Origin: Escherichia phage AV108
DNA: 64,000 nt
Strand: one strand, 5' to 3'
Sequence record: OR352938.1
Shown here in pieces: positions 47,916-57,211 of this stretch. The notes beneath the pieces are model-generated. The model saw only the letters and a program-made list of their open reading frames with translations. It was not told the origin of the DNA and ran no database searches. Both the position numbers and the translations under genes were made by a program. How positions within the stretch are numbered: position 1 is the stretch's first letter; each line of letters starts with the position of its first letter.

Positions 47916-49078
47916 AGATATTTCCCGAATCGGTTGTAGTCGTCATCTGTTAAATCGGTATTAACCTGAGATACCAGATACATAATCTCTACTTCCTGCG
48001 CTGCATTCTGTACTTCGTCAGAGTTCAACCATTTACGCATCCACGGTAACGGATGACGACGAACACTAAACGGGCTTTTCAGTCCGGCAGCACGCATACG
48101 GGAATCTGCCAGGTATTCTACATAGGTTTTCAGAATTTCCGGTGACAGGTTAGGAATTGCCCCCATTGCGAATAGGTGGTCTACCCATTCTTTTTCTTGC
48201 TCGACAACATCCAGAAAGATTTTCGTTGCTTCGCCTTCAAGTTCTTCCGCAATCTGTTTCCACTCATCACCATCAACCCCCGTTTGCCATTGACGAATAA
48301 TGTATTGTGTGCCTTTTAAGTGAAGTTGTTCATCACGCGCAATAAATTTCATGATCTTCGCGTTACCTTCCAGTAAACCACGTTCGGCAAAGCTGAAAGT
48401 ACATGCAAAGGACACATAAAAACGAATTGCTTCCAGTGCATTGACGCAGTGTGCACACAGATAAATCGAAGCCATCAGATCTCGTTTTGTATCTTCAAAA
48501 AATCTTCTTGCATCATCTAATGCTGTCTGGTCGTCTCGTTCTTCCCAATAGCGGAGATCTTCTTTTGCATTCTCATACTTACGAATCCAATAAAGAACAT
48601 CATCATAATATTTCCCGATAGATTCCGCTCGCTTCATGATAGCAGGGTTATCGATGATCTGGTCGAACTCACTAGCCGGATCAATGAAACAGTTACGCAT
48701 AATGTGTGTATAGCTTCGGCTATGAATCGTTTCGCTGAATGTCCATGTTTGCAACCATGTATCGAGAGTTGGATCAGATACAATTGGACCAAATGCTGCG
48801 GACGGTGCGCGACCTTGAATAGAATCAAGTAATGTCTGATACTTCAAGTTTTCAGTAAAGAAACGCTTTTCAACGTCACCCATATTAAGATATTGAATAC
48901 GGTCGGTTGCAAGTGAAATTTCTTCGGGGCGCCAAAAAAATGACAGAGATTTTTCAATTAGTTCTTCAAATACTTGATGACGCTGAATGTCATAACGAGC
49001 GATACCTAAACCGCTACCCAGAAACATCGGTTCATTCATAATATCAACGTGTTCACGATTAAATACCGTATTTCCCAT
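47912..49078 (-). CDS. nrdB: ribonucleotide reductase small subunit
   Basis: 388 aa (T4 NrdB about 388); adjacent to nrdA; continuous ORF with no intron. Confidence 0.85.
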   Translation of the reverse strand: MGNTVFNREHVDIMNEPMFLGSGLGIARYDIQRHQVFEELIEKSLSFFWRPEEISLATDRIQYLNMGDVEKRFFTENLKYQTLLDSIQGRAPSAAFGPIVSDPTLDTWLQTWTFSETIHSRSYTHIMRNCFIDPASEFDQIIDNPAIMKRAESIGKYYDDVLYWIRKYENAKEDLRYWEERDDQTALDDARRFFEDTKRDLMASIYLCAHCVNALEAIRFYVSFACTFSFAERGLLEGNAKIMKFIARDEQLHLKGTQYIIRQWQTGVDGDEWKQIAEELEGEATKIFLDVVEQEKEWVDHLFAMGAIPNLSPEILKTYVEYLADSRMRAAGLKSPFSVRRHPLPWMRKWLNSDEVQNAAQEVEIMYLVSQVNTDLTDDDYNRFGKYL

Positions 49079-49753
49079 TCACATATTCCTCATTTTACAG
49101 TTATCAAAGTGCCATCGTAGAGCATTGCCTTTATTGGTAATTTTACCGCAATGCGGACAAGGATCTGCCACTGTTGCTTCCTTTGTCCTTTGTGCAATCA
49201 GCTTTATCATTTCCTCGCTATGTGGTATTCCTTTAGTTGGCGATGGTTTCCCAAACATAGGATTTTTACTTCCCATTCTAGCTTTTGAAATGTTTAACGC
49301 GTGCTCCTTTGTTTTTGGCTTACGCATTTTAGCTTTTGTCTCTTCTGATTTCAACACACCTTTCGAAGATTCGCTAATCTTTCTTCGCGTTTCTTCTTTC
49401 ATCGGCTTGCCCTTTCTTTGTTCAGAGATAAGTACCCTAGCTTGTTCATATACCCTAGACGAAACAATATAATCTCTTTTATTGGTCTTCGCATTTTTTG
49501 CTAAACACATCATACCAAATGCTTGTGCCATAGGTCCACCATGAATTTTTGCTAGCAGATGATGAATCACGAAATGTTCTTTTGCTGTCAAATCAATCAG
49601 GTTATCAACTTCATCACCGCCACCCATAGATCTCGGTAAAATATGATGTGTTTCCTTATATCCTTCAACGGTTCCTCTTATCTTTGCTTTTTCTATGATT
49701 GCGTCATGTAATTTTTGTAAGTTCATGAATAAATCCTCGTTTCTGTATACCAT
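49079..49753 (-). CDS. HNH homing endonuclease with NUMOD-like repeats (MobE-like position)
   Basis: HHILPRSMGGGDEVDNLIDLTAKEHFVIHH (HNH) plus repeated basic KG.P...ET..KIS motifs; sits between nrdA and nrdB; start may be Met10 (49726). Confidence 0.7.
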   Translation of the reverse strand: MVYRNEDLFMNLQKLHDAIIEKAKIRGTVEGYKETHHILPRSMGGGDEVDNLIDLTAKEHFVIHHLLAKIHGGPMAQAFGMMCLAKNAKTNKRDYIVSSRVYEQARVLISEQRKGKPMKEETRRKISESSKGVLKSEETKAKMRKPKTKEHALNISKARMGSKNPMFGKPSPTKGIPHSEEMIKLIAQRTKEATVADPCPHCGKITNKGNALRWHFDNCKMRNM

Positions 49754-49823
49754 TATTTATCAGGTATCCAGAAGAAGGATTAATTCACCTCACCATTATC
49801 CTACAACCTCAAAACATTTATCA

Positions 49824-49964
49824 TCAGGAAGAATCGCCCATTCTACAACCGTATTCATCCTCGACGTAGTAGCAAGTCCCATCATGTCGAGCATCATATT
49901 CATCACCAACAACAAAGCTATCAGCTAGCTCAAAATCTACAGCAACACATTTTAATTTGGTCAT
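49824..49964 (-). CDS. hypothetical small protein (46 aa)
   Basis: ATG 49964 with GAGG RBS, downstream of promoter 49996-50024. Confidence 0.35.
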   Translation of the reverse strand: MTKLKCVAVDFELADSFVVGDEYDARHDGTCYYVEDEYGCRMGDSS

Positions 49965-49995
49965 AATAAAATCCTCACTTGTTTTTGATGGTTGT

Positions 49996-50024
49996 ATTAT
50001 AGCGGGGATTTCTCCCCGCGTCAA
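49996..50024 (-). promoter_or_regulatory. sigma70-like early promoter with palindromic spacer (PeSL-type)
   Basis: TTGACG - CGGGGAGAAATCCCCGC - TATAAT on minus strand; spacer is the same hairpin module as after genes 18 and 19. Confidence 0.6.
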
Positions 50025-50032
50025 CACTTATT

Positions 50033-52276
50033 TTACAGCTTGCAAGATGAGCACTCGCTAGCGTCTTCCGTACCATCAGCACCGTCGCGAACGTTCGCAT
50101 AATACAGGGTTTTCAGACCGTAATATTGAGCAAACAACATATCATCTAACACATCAGCAATATCGACTTTACCAGTCTTATAAGTGCTTGGATCGTATGA
50201 TGTATTGGAACTAATCGCCTGATCCACAAACTTCTGCATGATCGCTGCCAGTGTCAGATAAGGCTTGTTACCTTTCTTGATCAGTGTCCAAAGCAGGTCA
50301 ATAACATCAGCATTATTCTCTACGTTCGGAATAACCTGATTAAATTGCCCTTCTTTCGATCCTTTAACCGATACAATACCGCGAGGCGGTTCAATACCGT
50401 TTGTGCTGTTAGATACCTGAGAAGACGACTCACAAGGCATCAGAGCCGAAAGCGTACTGTTACGAATGCCATATTTTTTCAGGTCTTCGCGCAGTTCTTC
50501 CCAATCCATCTCATATACCGGATCAACCAGTTCATCTACTGTCTTTTTGTACCAGTCGATAGGCAGTTCACCGCGTCCATAACGTGTTTCGTGCATCAGT
50601 TCGCAAGCACCCTTCTCTTTAGCCAGTTGCACACTAGCCTTAATCAGAGCATATTGCAAGCGTTCAAACGTTTTATGCGTAAACTCGTTAGCGTCTTCAT
50701 ATGTGAAGAAATTATCCGCGAGATACGATGCAAAGTTAGTCACCCCAACACCCAGAGAGCGACGTTTTTTGGATGTCAGAGCTTGCTCTACAGGATAATC
50801 CTGGTAATCTAACAGGTTGTCAAGTGCACGCACCATAACCATAGCAATGCGTTCTACTTCTTCCATATTTTCGATATCAAAGTTTCCTAAAACATATGCT
50901 GCCAAAGTACATAGGCTGATCTCTGAATCATCACGACCCATCGGTTTTGTAGGCAGAGCAATTTCACAACACAGGTTGGATTGTTTAATCGGTGCTACAT
51001 TACGAATAAACGCCCCGTGATTGTTCATGTTGTCTGTGAACGTTGGGTAGATTCGACCAGTGTTAAAACGTTCAATTGCCACCGCTAAAAACAGGTCTTC
51101 GGCTTTAACACGAGTTTTACGAACACTCGGATCTTTTTCCAGTTTTTCGTAAAGCTGGCGGAAACCTTCCTCATCTCGGAAGTATAGATCCCACAACAAG
51201 CCACCTGCAACATCTGGACTAAACAGAGTAATGTAATCCCGTTTAAGGAATCGCTCTACCATCAGGTTATTAATCTGTACGCCGTAATCAAGATGACGAA
51301 TGCGGTTATCTTCCACCCCCTTATTGTTCTTTAACACAATCAGACTTTCAAACTCTAAATGCCACATTGGGTAATAGAGAGTCGCCGCCCCGCCACGAAT
51401 ACCGCCTTGTGAGCATGACTTAACGGCAGTCTGAAAATGTTTCCAGAATGGGATAACGCCAGTATGACGAACTTCACCATGCCCGATCTTAGATCCTTCC
51501 GCGCGAATCATGCCAGCGTTGATACCGATACCAGCACGCTTGCTAATATACTTGATGATTGCATTTGCTGTTTCGTTGATGCCCTGCAATGAGTCATCAC
51601 TTTCAATCACCACACACGAACTAAATTGGCGTGTTGGGGTACGCACACCTGCCATAATCGGAGTAGGCAGAGAGATTTGCTTATTCGCAACAGCATTATA
51701 AAAATCAATCACATGTTCAAGTCTATTTTCGGTCTCTTCTTGATGCAAGCACATACCGATCAGCATATACGCAAATTGCGGTGTTTCGATGATTTTCTTA
51801 GTGCTGCGATCCTGAACAAGATATTTCTCTTTTAACTGCATCGCACCAGCATAGGTCATTTTAAAATCAAGTTTATGGTCGATGAATTTCTCCAGATATT
51901 CCACTTCTTCACGGGAATACTTTTGCAGAATTTCGCGATCATATTTTCCGATTGCAATATTACGCTCAATATGGCTATAAAAATCAATAGGTTGGAATTG
52001 ACCGTATACTGATTTACGAAGCGCGAACATTGCAAGGTTACTTGCTACATATTGATAATCGGGTGTTTCTACCGTGATGTTATCTGCGGCGACCTTAATC
52101 AATACTTTCTGGATATCATTGGTAGACATACCTTCTGTCAGAAGTGGTTCAACCATATCAAACAATTCATATGGATCAACGTTATGACCTTCGGCTGCCG
52201 CTTCCAGAATTTTCATTACTTTTTCTTTTTCAAACGGAACAGTCAGACCGGAAGACTTAACAACATTTTTAATCAT
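50033..52276 (-). CDS. nrdA: ribonucleotide reductase large subunit
   Basis: 747 aa (T4 NrdA about 754); N-terminal ATP-cone-like region; neighbour of nrdB. Confidence 0.88.
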   Translation of the reverse strand: MIKNVVKSSGLTVPFEKEKVMKILEAAAEGHNVDPYELFDMVEPLLTEGMSTNDIQKVLIKVAADNITVETPDYQYVASNLAMFALRKSVYGQFQPIDFYSHIERNIAIGKYDREILQKYSREEVEYLEKFIDHKLDFKMTYAGAMQLKEKYLVQDRSTKKIIETPQFAYMLIGMCLHQEETENRLEHVIDFYNAVANKQISLPTPIMAGVRTPTRQFSSCVVIESDDSLQGINETANAIIKYISKRAGIGINAGMIRAEGSKIGHGEVRHTGVIPFWKHFQTAVKSCSQGGIRGGAATLYYPMWHLEFESLIVLKNNKGVEDNRIRHLDYGVQINNLMVERFLKRDYITLFSPDVAGGLLWDLYFRDEEGFRQLYEKLEKDPSVRKTRVKAEDLFLAVAIERFNTGRIYPTFTDNMNNHGAFIRNVAPIKQSNLCCEIALPTKPMGRDDSEISLCTLAAYVLGNFDIENMEEVERIAMVMVRALDNLLDYQDYPVEQALTSKKRRSLGVGVTNFASYLADNFFTYEDANEFTHKTFERLQYALIKASVQLAKEKGACELMHETRYGRGELPIDWYKKTVDELVDPVYEMDWEELREDLKKYGIRNSTLSALMPCESSSQVSNSTNGIEPPRGIVSVKGSKEGQFNQVIPNVENNADVIDLLWTLIKKGNKPYLTLAAIMQKFVDQAISSNTSYDPSTYKTGKVDIADVLDDMLFAQYYGLKTLYYANVRDGADGTEDASECSSCKL

Positions 52277-52323
52277 ATTACCTCACTTCATATTTTAGCA
52301 GGAACAAGTTTATCCTCCATATT

Positions 52324-52339
52324 GGGGGCTTTCGCCCCC
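52324..52339. other. hairpin GGGGGC-TTTC-GCCCCC between td and nrdA
   Basis: GC stem with T-run on the plus side only; role unclear. Confidence 0.4.
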
Positions 52340-52344
52340 TTTGT

Positions 52345-53577
52345 TTATACTGCCATTTGAGCGGTGATCGCTGGATGGCTTTGATAGTTGTGAATTTTAA
52401 AGTCTTTCGGAGTCTTTGTCAATACCTCATCTAAAGATTTAAATTCCGGCAACTCAATTGTTGGTTTATCAAACGGAACACGGCTTAACTGTTCCATAAC
52501 TTGATCAAAGTGGTTTTTGTAAATGTGAGTATCTCCACCAGAGAAAATCAGTTCTCCTACCTCAAGATCACACATTTTCGCTATGATGTGAGTTAACAGC
52601 GCATAGCTGGCAACATTAAAGGGCAAGCCCAAAAAGCTGTCTACGCTTCGCTGAAACCACATACAAGACAGTTTACCTTCATTGACGTAGAATTGCACGA
52701 AAGGATGACATACACCCAATACAGCATTATGTGTTCCTTGTACGTTCCATGAGTCAATAATGATCCGGCGATCCGTTGGATTGTTTTTAATTTGTTCAAT
52801 CACGTTTTGTAACTGGTCTTCCCAAATCTTCGGGCGATAGACATATTCTTCATCGTCTTTAGTGCTCGATGTGTCTACGTCCATACTAGCAAAGATCGTG
52901 GTATCTGGTGCTAAAATATCCCCACCCAGATAATCACTATCAAGTAGATAACCGAAATAACCATCATCTACCCATTCCTGGAATCCCCACAAGCAATATG
53001 CATCATTAACAAAATTAGATTGAGTCTTCCAGTGATCTGCTACTAAGAATTGATTATATTCAGAATCAAACTCTTCATAACGCATACCACGCCAGATAGC
53101 ACATAAACGGTCTTCTGTGTCGTTGGTTGGCGTAAAGTCTTCTACCCACGGGTGCTTAAATGTATGTGCATATTTGCTCTTAACGCGCTTAATTTTGATT
53201 TCACCGTGTGGATGAATCGGTTTGCGTCGCCATGCCATACCATACATATTGCCGACATTATAACCATTGAATCGCAAAGGATTCTTTTCTTTCATATCAA
53301 GACAGTTGCCGCGCCAAATGTCGAAGGCTTCTTCGTCAAACTTACCGCGTGTAATTTCCTGTAAGCGACGGCGGTCAAGTGATCCCTCCATAAACCATAG
53401 CAATTCGCCAATTACAGAGGCTGTAGCCATCTTTTTAGTGGTCAGTAATGGGAAACCCTTGCTTAAATCAATTCGCATCTCTGCGCCGAATTTAGAGAGC
53501 GTACCTACCCCCGTGCGGTCTTCACGAGGCCAGCCATTATCAAGAACATCACGCAACAGTTTCAAATATTCTTTCAT
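52345..53577 (-). CDS. td: thymidylate synthase (ThyA-type) with expanded insertion domain
   Basis: DRTGVGT, LLWF, catalytic VCH, KLSC..FQRS.D.FLGLPFN, GGDTHIY as in ThyA/T4 Td as recalled; 410 aa versus 264-286 aa. Confidence 0.8.
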   Translation of the reverse strand: MKEYLKLLRDVLDNGWPREDRTGVGTLSKFGAEMRIDLSKGFPLLTTKKMATASVIGELLWFMEGSLDRRRLQEITRGKFDEEAFDIWRGNCLDMKEKNPLRFNGYNVGNMYGMAWRRKPIHPHGEIKIKRVKSKYAHTFKHPWVEDFTPTNDTEDRLCAIWRGMRYEEFDSEYNQFLVADHWKTQSNFVNDAYCLWGFQEWVDDGYFGYLLDSDYLGGDILAPDTTIFASMDVDTSSTKDDEEYVYRPKIWEDQLQNVIEQIKNNPTDRRIIIDSWNVQGTHNAVLGVCHPFVQFYVNEGKLSCMWFQRSVDSFLGLPFNVASYALLTHIIAKMCDLEVGELIFSGGDTHIYKNHFDQVMEQLSRVPFDKPTIELPEFKSLDEVLTKTPKDFKIHNYQSHPAITAQMAV

Positions 53578-53812
53578 CCCACATCCCCTTTTTCTTTGCT
53601 TTCTTACGCAGTTTTGCTACTGTCTCGCTAATGTTAATAAAAATATCGTCTGGACCGAATACAGTAACAGGTCTTGATATATCGCTATTTTCTTGTACAG
53701 GAAACCATGACGCTTTCGATTCATCATAGAGATATTGCAACCCGTAAAGATCTTCTGCTACTGCGTAGTTTTCATTGGTTGCCGACCATAATCGAATAAT
53801 ACTGATTTTCAT
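53549..53812 (-). CDS. hypothetical protein (87 aa)
   Basis: ATG at 53812 overlapping upstream stop (TAATG); 3' end overlaps td start. Confidence 0.4.
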   Translation of the reverse strand: MKISIIRLWSATNENYAVAEDLYGLQYLYDESKASWFPVQENSDISRPVTVFGPDDIFINISETVAKLRKKAKKKGMWDERIFETVA

Positions 53813-53904
53813 TATTGTTCCCGTCCGCAGTGTAAACACCGACTACCAGCAAACATCAAAGATTCACCACAATGTTTGCACTCATAATCTGTCAGAATTT
53901 TCAT
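53812..53904 (-). CDS. hypothetical zinc-ribbon mini-protein (30 aa)
   Basis: CKHCG...CLHCG two CxxC pairs; tightly packed between frd stop and next start. Confidence 0.35.
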   Translation of the reverse strand: MKILTDYECKHCGESLMFAGSRCLHCGREQ

Positions 53905-53905
53905 G

Positions 53906-54487
53906 TTACGCCTTCTTACGTTCTAAAATTTGTTCGCTGATCAGGTAATCATCAAGGAAGTAATTATGTTCTTCTTTTGTTGTAAAATCAAAATATAATT
54001 CCTGAATCATTTCCTTAGAGATGCCAACATCATATTCAAACGGATCATTAATTCCTGATCGTTGAACATACGTTAACACAATACGGTCCGCAAAGTCAAC
54101 TGCTTTTTCAATCAGGGAAGGTCCGCCAATAACGCTTACCAAACCTTGCAATTTCTCTATGACTTCTAATAATTCCTTCAATCCACCATCATTAGTAATC
54201 GCGGTATACACATCTGGTTGGTCGCCGTTTTTTGCTTTCGGTGCTGGCTTACTGGTATCGGTGCTAACAACCACATTCACACGACCTTCCAGTGCTTTAG
54301 GGAGACTTTCAAAGGTATTACGTCCCATTACAACCGCCGCAAGATCAACATCTCCCATAGTGCGCATTTTAAAGTTTTCCATGTCCTTTTTGATTGGACG
54401 TCCCCACGGTAAACCGCCTTTAAAACCAAAAGCCCAATTTTCATCTGACATTTTAGTGTCACCAATCGCAAATACACATTGAATCAT
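53906..54487 (-). CDS. frd: dihydrofolate reductase
   Basis: 193 aa (as T4 Frd); DHFR signature GGLPW and next to td. Confidence 0.85.
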   Translation of the reverse strand: MIQCVFAIGDTKMSDENWAFGFKGGLPWGRPIKKDMENFKMRTMGDVDLAAVVMGRNTFESLPKALEGRVNVVVSTDTSKPAPKAKNGDQPDVYTAITNDGGLKELLEVIEKLQGLVSVIGGPSLIEKAVDFADRIVLTYVQRSGINDPFEYDVGISKEMIQELYFDFTTKEEHNYFLDDYLISEQILERKKA

Positions 54488-54502
54488 AATATAAATCTCC
54501 CA

Positions 54503-54832
54503 TCAAATCAGTTTGAAATAGTTTTCGTTTACATTTTCTTCTGTGATTGCTGTCTTAAATTCTTGACCGTTATCCTGTGTGATGAAATAACGGTCAGAAT
54601 AATCACGAAAACGTTTTAAGTGAGATACCCCAACATTAACACCATTTTCCCAGAAACGAAAGGTAATCATTTTTGGTTCATATCGATAGTCGCTGGTTAA
54701 CACAGTACCATCCCCGCGACGGGCTTCATAAACCGTAATACATTCACGATTAGCGGCTTTAAGGCATTCTTCAATAGTGCCGCACGAGATAATACTTACT
54801 TTTTCATCTACGATTTGTTCTACAGTCCACAT
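54503..54832 (-). CDS. hypothetical protein (109 aa)
   Basis: ATG 54832 with AGAGGA RBS, downstream of promoter 54864-54891. Confidence 0.45.
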   Translation of the reverse strand: MWTVEQIVDEKVSIISCGTIEECLKAANRECITVYEARRGDGTVLTSDYRYEPKMITFRFWENGVNVGVSHLKRFRDYSDRYFITQDNGQEFKTAITEENVNENYFKLI

Positions 54833-54863
54833 AATATAATCCTCTCTTTGTTTCGATATGTGC

Positions 54864-54891
54864 ATTATACACTATTGCGTTACGCTGTCAA
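54864..54891 (-). promoter_or_regulatory. sigma70-like early promoter (TTGACA-16-TATAAT)
   Basis: Minus-strand -35/-10 pair overlapping the 3' end of the upstream ORF. Confidence 0.5.
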
Positions 54892-56058
54892 CTCTTTTTC
54901 AAAAGATTTTACGATATACATGATGGTGCTCAATTCGGACGGCGCTACTGTCTCTGTGTAGCCATCCGGCATATCTTCTTTCGAGATATAGGAAGTTTTA
55001 CCTTTCATTACTTCCTTGATTTTGTTCTCTAATTCTAAGATCTTTTGACCGTCTTGTAAAGTCAATTCATAAAAGATCTCATGATCGAACTTTGAAACAC
55101 GAGATTGGTTTCTCATGCGCTCATGTGTTTCTTTGTTTGTTATTCCAAATTTCACGCCAACAAAGGAATCATTGTTGGTTAATTTCTGTATATAAAGAGT
55201 TCCTGTCTTTAATGCCTGATAACCATGCTTAGAACACAACGGGCAGCGTGTTCCGCGATTAACAAAATTATCAATAGTTACATCCCATTCATGGTTACGT
55301 TCGCATGTCAGAAGTATTCTTGTTAATGCACCTTTCCACTTTCCTGAAATCCCAATAAATTTTAGTCTGTTGGTTTCGCATATTTTTTCAATTTGTTTTA
55401 ATCGGTCACTTTTTGTTATTGGTGCTGTTCCGCTACATTTGCGACACCGACGACCTAGTTTGAACTTATCATAACTTTGTTCGTAAATGTGATTATTAGG
55501 ACACTCAAATTTAAGTTTAGTTTTTGTTCCTCTCCATTCCCCAATTATACCCAAAAATTTATAATCTCCTTTATTTTCATTTATATAAGATAAGGAATCT
55601 TCTTTATCATGCATCTTGCCCCCGTTACATAAAGGACATCTTGTTTTTTGATGAATGAAATCTGTATATGTTGGTTGGTATGTGTGTCCGTTTGTACAGT
55701 TCATAATGAGTCTTGTTCTGCTATTTTTATACTCCCCACCAACAAAACCAACAAATACATCGTTTGTTTCTTGTTTTATTCTTTCTATCACATTGTTTGG
55801 GTTTAATCTTTGAGAATCAACCACACATTTCTTACACGAAACGTTTTTCCTGATATTTGCTAGAGTTGATGTGTATTCATGCTTGTTATTACATAATATA
55901 AGAGCTTTTGTTTTGAGACCAGACCATTCTCCAACAAACCCCATGAAAGAATAACCAACTTCCAAACATGAATTTTTTACAACATTTTCCCAATAGAAGG
56001 GAGTTTTCGTGTTTCCTTTTATTTCTATACTAATCTCATGTGCTTGACGTACTAACAT
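54880..56058 (-). CDS. protein with four tandem Cys4 zinc-ribbon repeats and C-terminal GIY-YIG-like (T5orf172-type) domain; putative homing-endonuclease-like
   Basis: Four ~65-aa repeats each F.G..GEW.G..T...C...H.Y......F.....C..C; C-terminus LYIQKL...FVGVKFGIT; ATG 56058 with GGAGG RBS. Confidence 0.5.
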   Translation of the reverse strand: MLVRQAHEISIEIKGNTKTPFYWENVVKNSCLEVGYSFMGFVGEWSGLKTKALILCNNKHEYTSTLANIRKNVSCKKCVVDSQRLNPNNVIERIKQETNDVFVGFVGGEYKNSRTRLIMNCTNGHTYQPTYTDFIHQKTRCPLCNGGKMHDKEDSLSYINENKGDYKFLGIIGEWRGTKTKLKFECPNNHIYEQSYDKFKLGRRCRKCSGTAPITKSDRLKQIEKICETNRLKFIGISGKWKGALTRILLTCERNHEWDVTIDNFVNRGTRCPLCSKHGYQALKTGTLYIQKLTNNDSFVGVKFGITNKETHERMRNQSRVSKFDHEIFYELTLQDGQKILELENKIKEVMKGKTSYISKEDMPDGYTETVAPSELSTIMYIVKSFEKELTA

Positions 56059-56088
56059 ATTTTTATCCTCCGTTGTTTCGATGATTGT

Positions 56089-56116
56089 ATTATACATTAC
56101 CACATCAGCATGTCAA
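56089..56116 (-). promoter_or_regulatory. sigma70-like early promoter (TTGACA-16-TATAAT)
   Basis: Minus-strand -35/-10 pair upstream of the zinc-ribbon repeat gene. Confidence 0.5.
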
Positions 56117-56140
56117 TACATTTTCATAAAATTTTAGGCA

Positions 56141-56168
56141 ATAAAAAAAGCCTTCCCGAAGGAAGGCT
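56141..56168 (-). terminator. rho-independent terminator after gene 32
   Basis: AGCCTTCC-CGAA-GGAAGGCT hairpin followed by minus-strand U-run. Confidence 0.7.
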
Positions 56169-56178
56169 TTAAAATTCA

Positions 56179-57147
56179 TTACATCCCTAACAGAGCGTCA
56201 AGATCATCCAGATCAGAAGCGGAGGAAGTACCGCCACCCAGGTCCAGAGATGCCATCAGGTCATCAGCGGAAGAATCTAACGCCGTGCTAGCTGCGTTAA
56301 TACCAACTACAGTGCTAGCTGCGGTAGTACCAGCGTCGAATGCATTCATCTGTGCGTCAAAATCATCAAGCTGGCTGTTAATCGCTGCCGCAGCACTGGA
56401 AGCCGCAGCACCAGCTACCATAGAAACGCCCATAGTTTTCTTAAATTTGGTTTCCAGTTCATCGAACGGTTTAAACTGGCTAGGCGCTACAATCTCACTC
56501 AGATCAACCATGTTTTCCATCAGATATTTCTGATATGCTTCGTCTTCAATTTTCGGAAGCTGTGATTGCTGCATGAAACGAGAATCATCATAGTTCTGGT
56601 GTTTATCAACCTTCTTAGCTTTCAGGAGGAAGTTAGCACCGGAGAACACACAAGTTACATCTACCGGAACTTCGCCCATGTCGGTATTCACGTTCACCAT
56701 TGCAACGATCTTATCATAAATTTTCTGACCGAAGCGGAATTTGAATACCTTACCTTCATTTTCTGGTGCTTGAGGATCTTTCAGTACCAGAATGTTTGCG
56801 TAGTAAGACGCTTTACGCTTAATCAGTTGCCATTCGGTTTTATCGGTATTGTATAGGTCTTTTTCGTTAATATATTTGCACACAGGGCAAGAATCAAAAT
56901 CACCGTGGGTGCTGGAGCAGTTTTCCCAATACCATTTACCATTAACTTTGAAGGAATGGTTTACCAGTTTCACAATCGGCAGACCGTCTTCTGTCTTAGA
57001 CGGCAGGAAGCGAATCAGGGCTTCACCGTTACCTGCTGCATCAGTCTTAATCTTCCACTCTTTCGGATCTTCTTTGGAGAAACCGTTGCCACCTTTCAGT
57101 GCGGCCAGTTGAGCTTGTAGTTTGGAAGAATCTTGGCGTTTAAACAT
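56179..57147 (-). CDS. 32: single-stranded DNA-binding protein (T4 gp32-like)
   Basis: MFKR...[13 protein letters not shown]...[15 protein letters not shown] and acidic Ala/Ser/Asp-rich C-terminus as in T4 gp32; ATG at 57147. Confidence 0.9.
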   Translation of the reverse strand: MFKRQDSSKLQAQLAALKGGNGFSKEDPKEWKIKTDAAGNGEALIRFLPSKTEDGLPIVKLVNHSFKVNGKWYWENCSSTHGDFDSCPVCKYINEKDLYNTDKTEWQLIKRKASYYANILVLKDPQAPENEGKVFKFRFGQKIYDKIVAMVNVNTDMGEVPVDVTCVFSGANFLLKAKKVDKHQNYDDSRFMQQSQLPKIEDEAYQKYLMENMVDLSEIVAPSQFKPFDELETKFKKTMGVSMVAGAAASSAAAAINSQLDDFDAQMNAFDAGTTAASTVVGINAASTALDSSADDLMASLDLGGGTSSASDLDDLDALLGM

Positions 57148-57183
57148 ATTCACTATTCCTTCTTTTGATTGATTTACTAGACT

Positions 57184-57211
57184 ATTATACAGATTTAAGT
57201 TTACTTGTCAA
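57184..57211 (-). promoter_or_regulatory. sigma70-like promoter upstream of gene 32
   Basis: TTGACA-16-TATAAT on minus strand within the 3' end of gene 59. Confidence 0.5.

Noticed and set aside
52345-53577. Group I intron or intein in td
   Set aside because: The ORF is continuous and the extra segment has no intein termini, no endonuclease motifs and no stop codons; it is a protein insertion.
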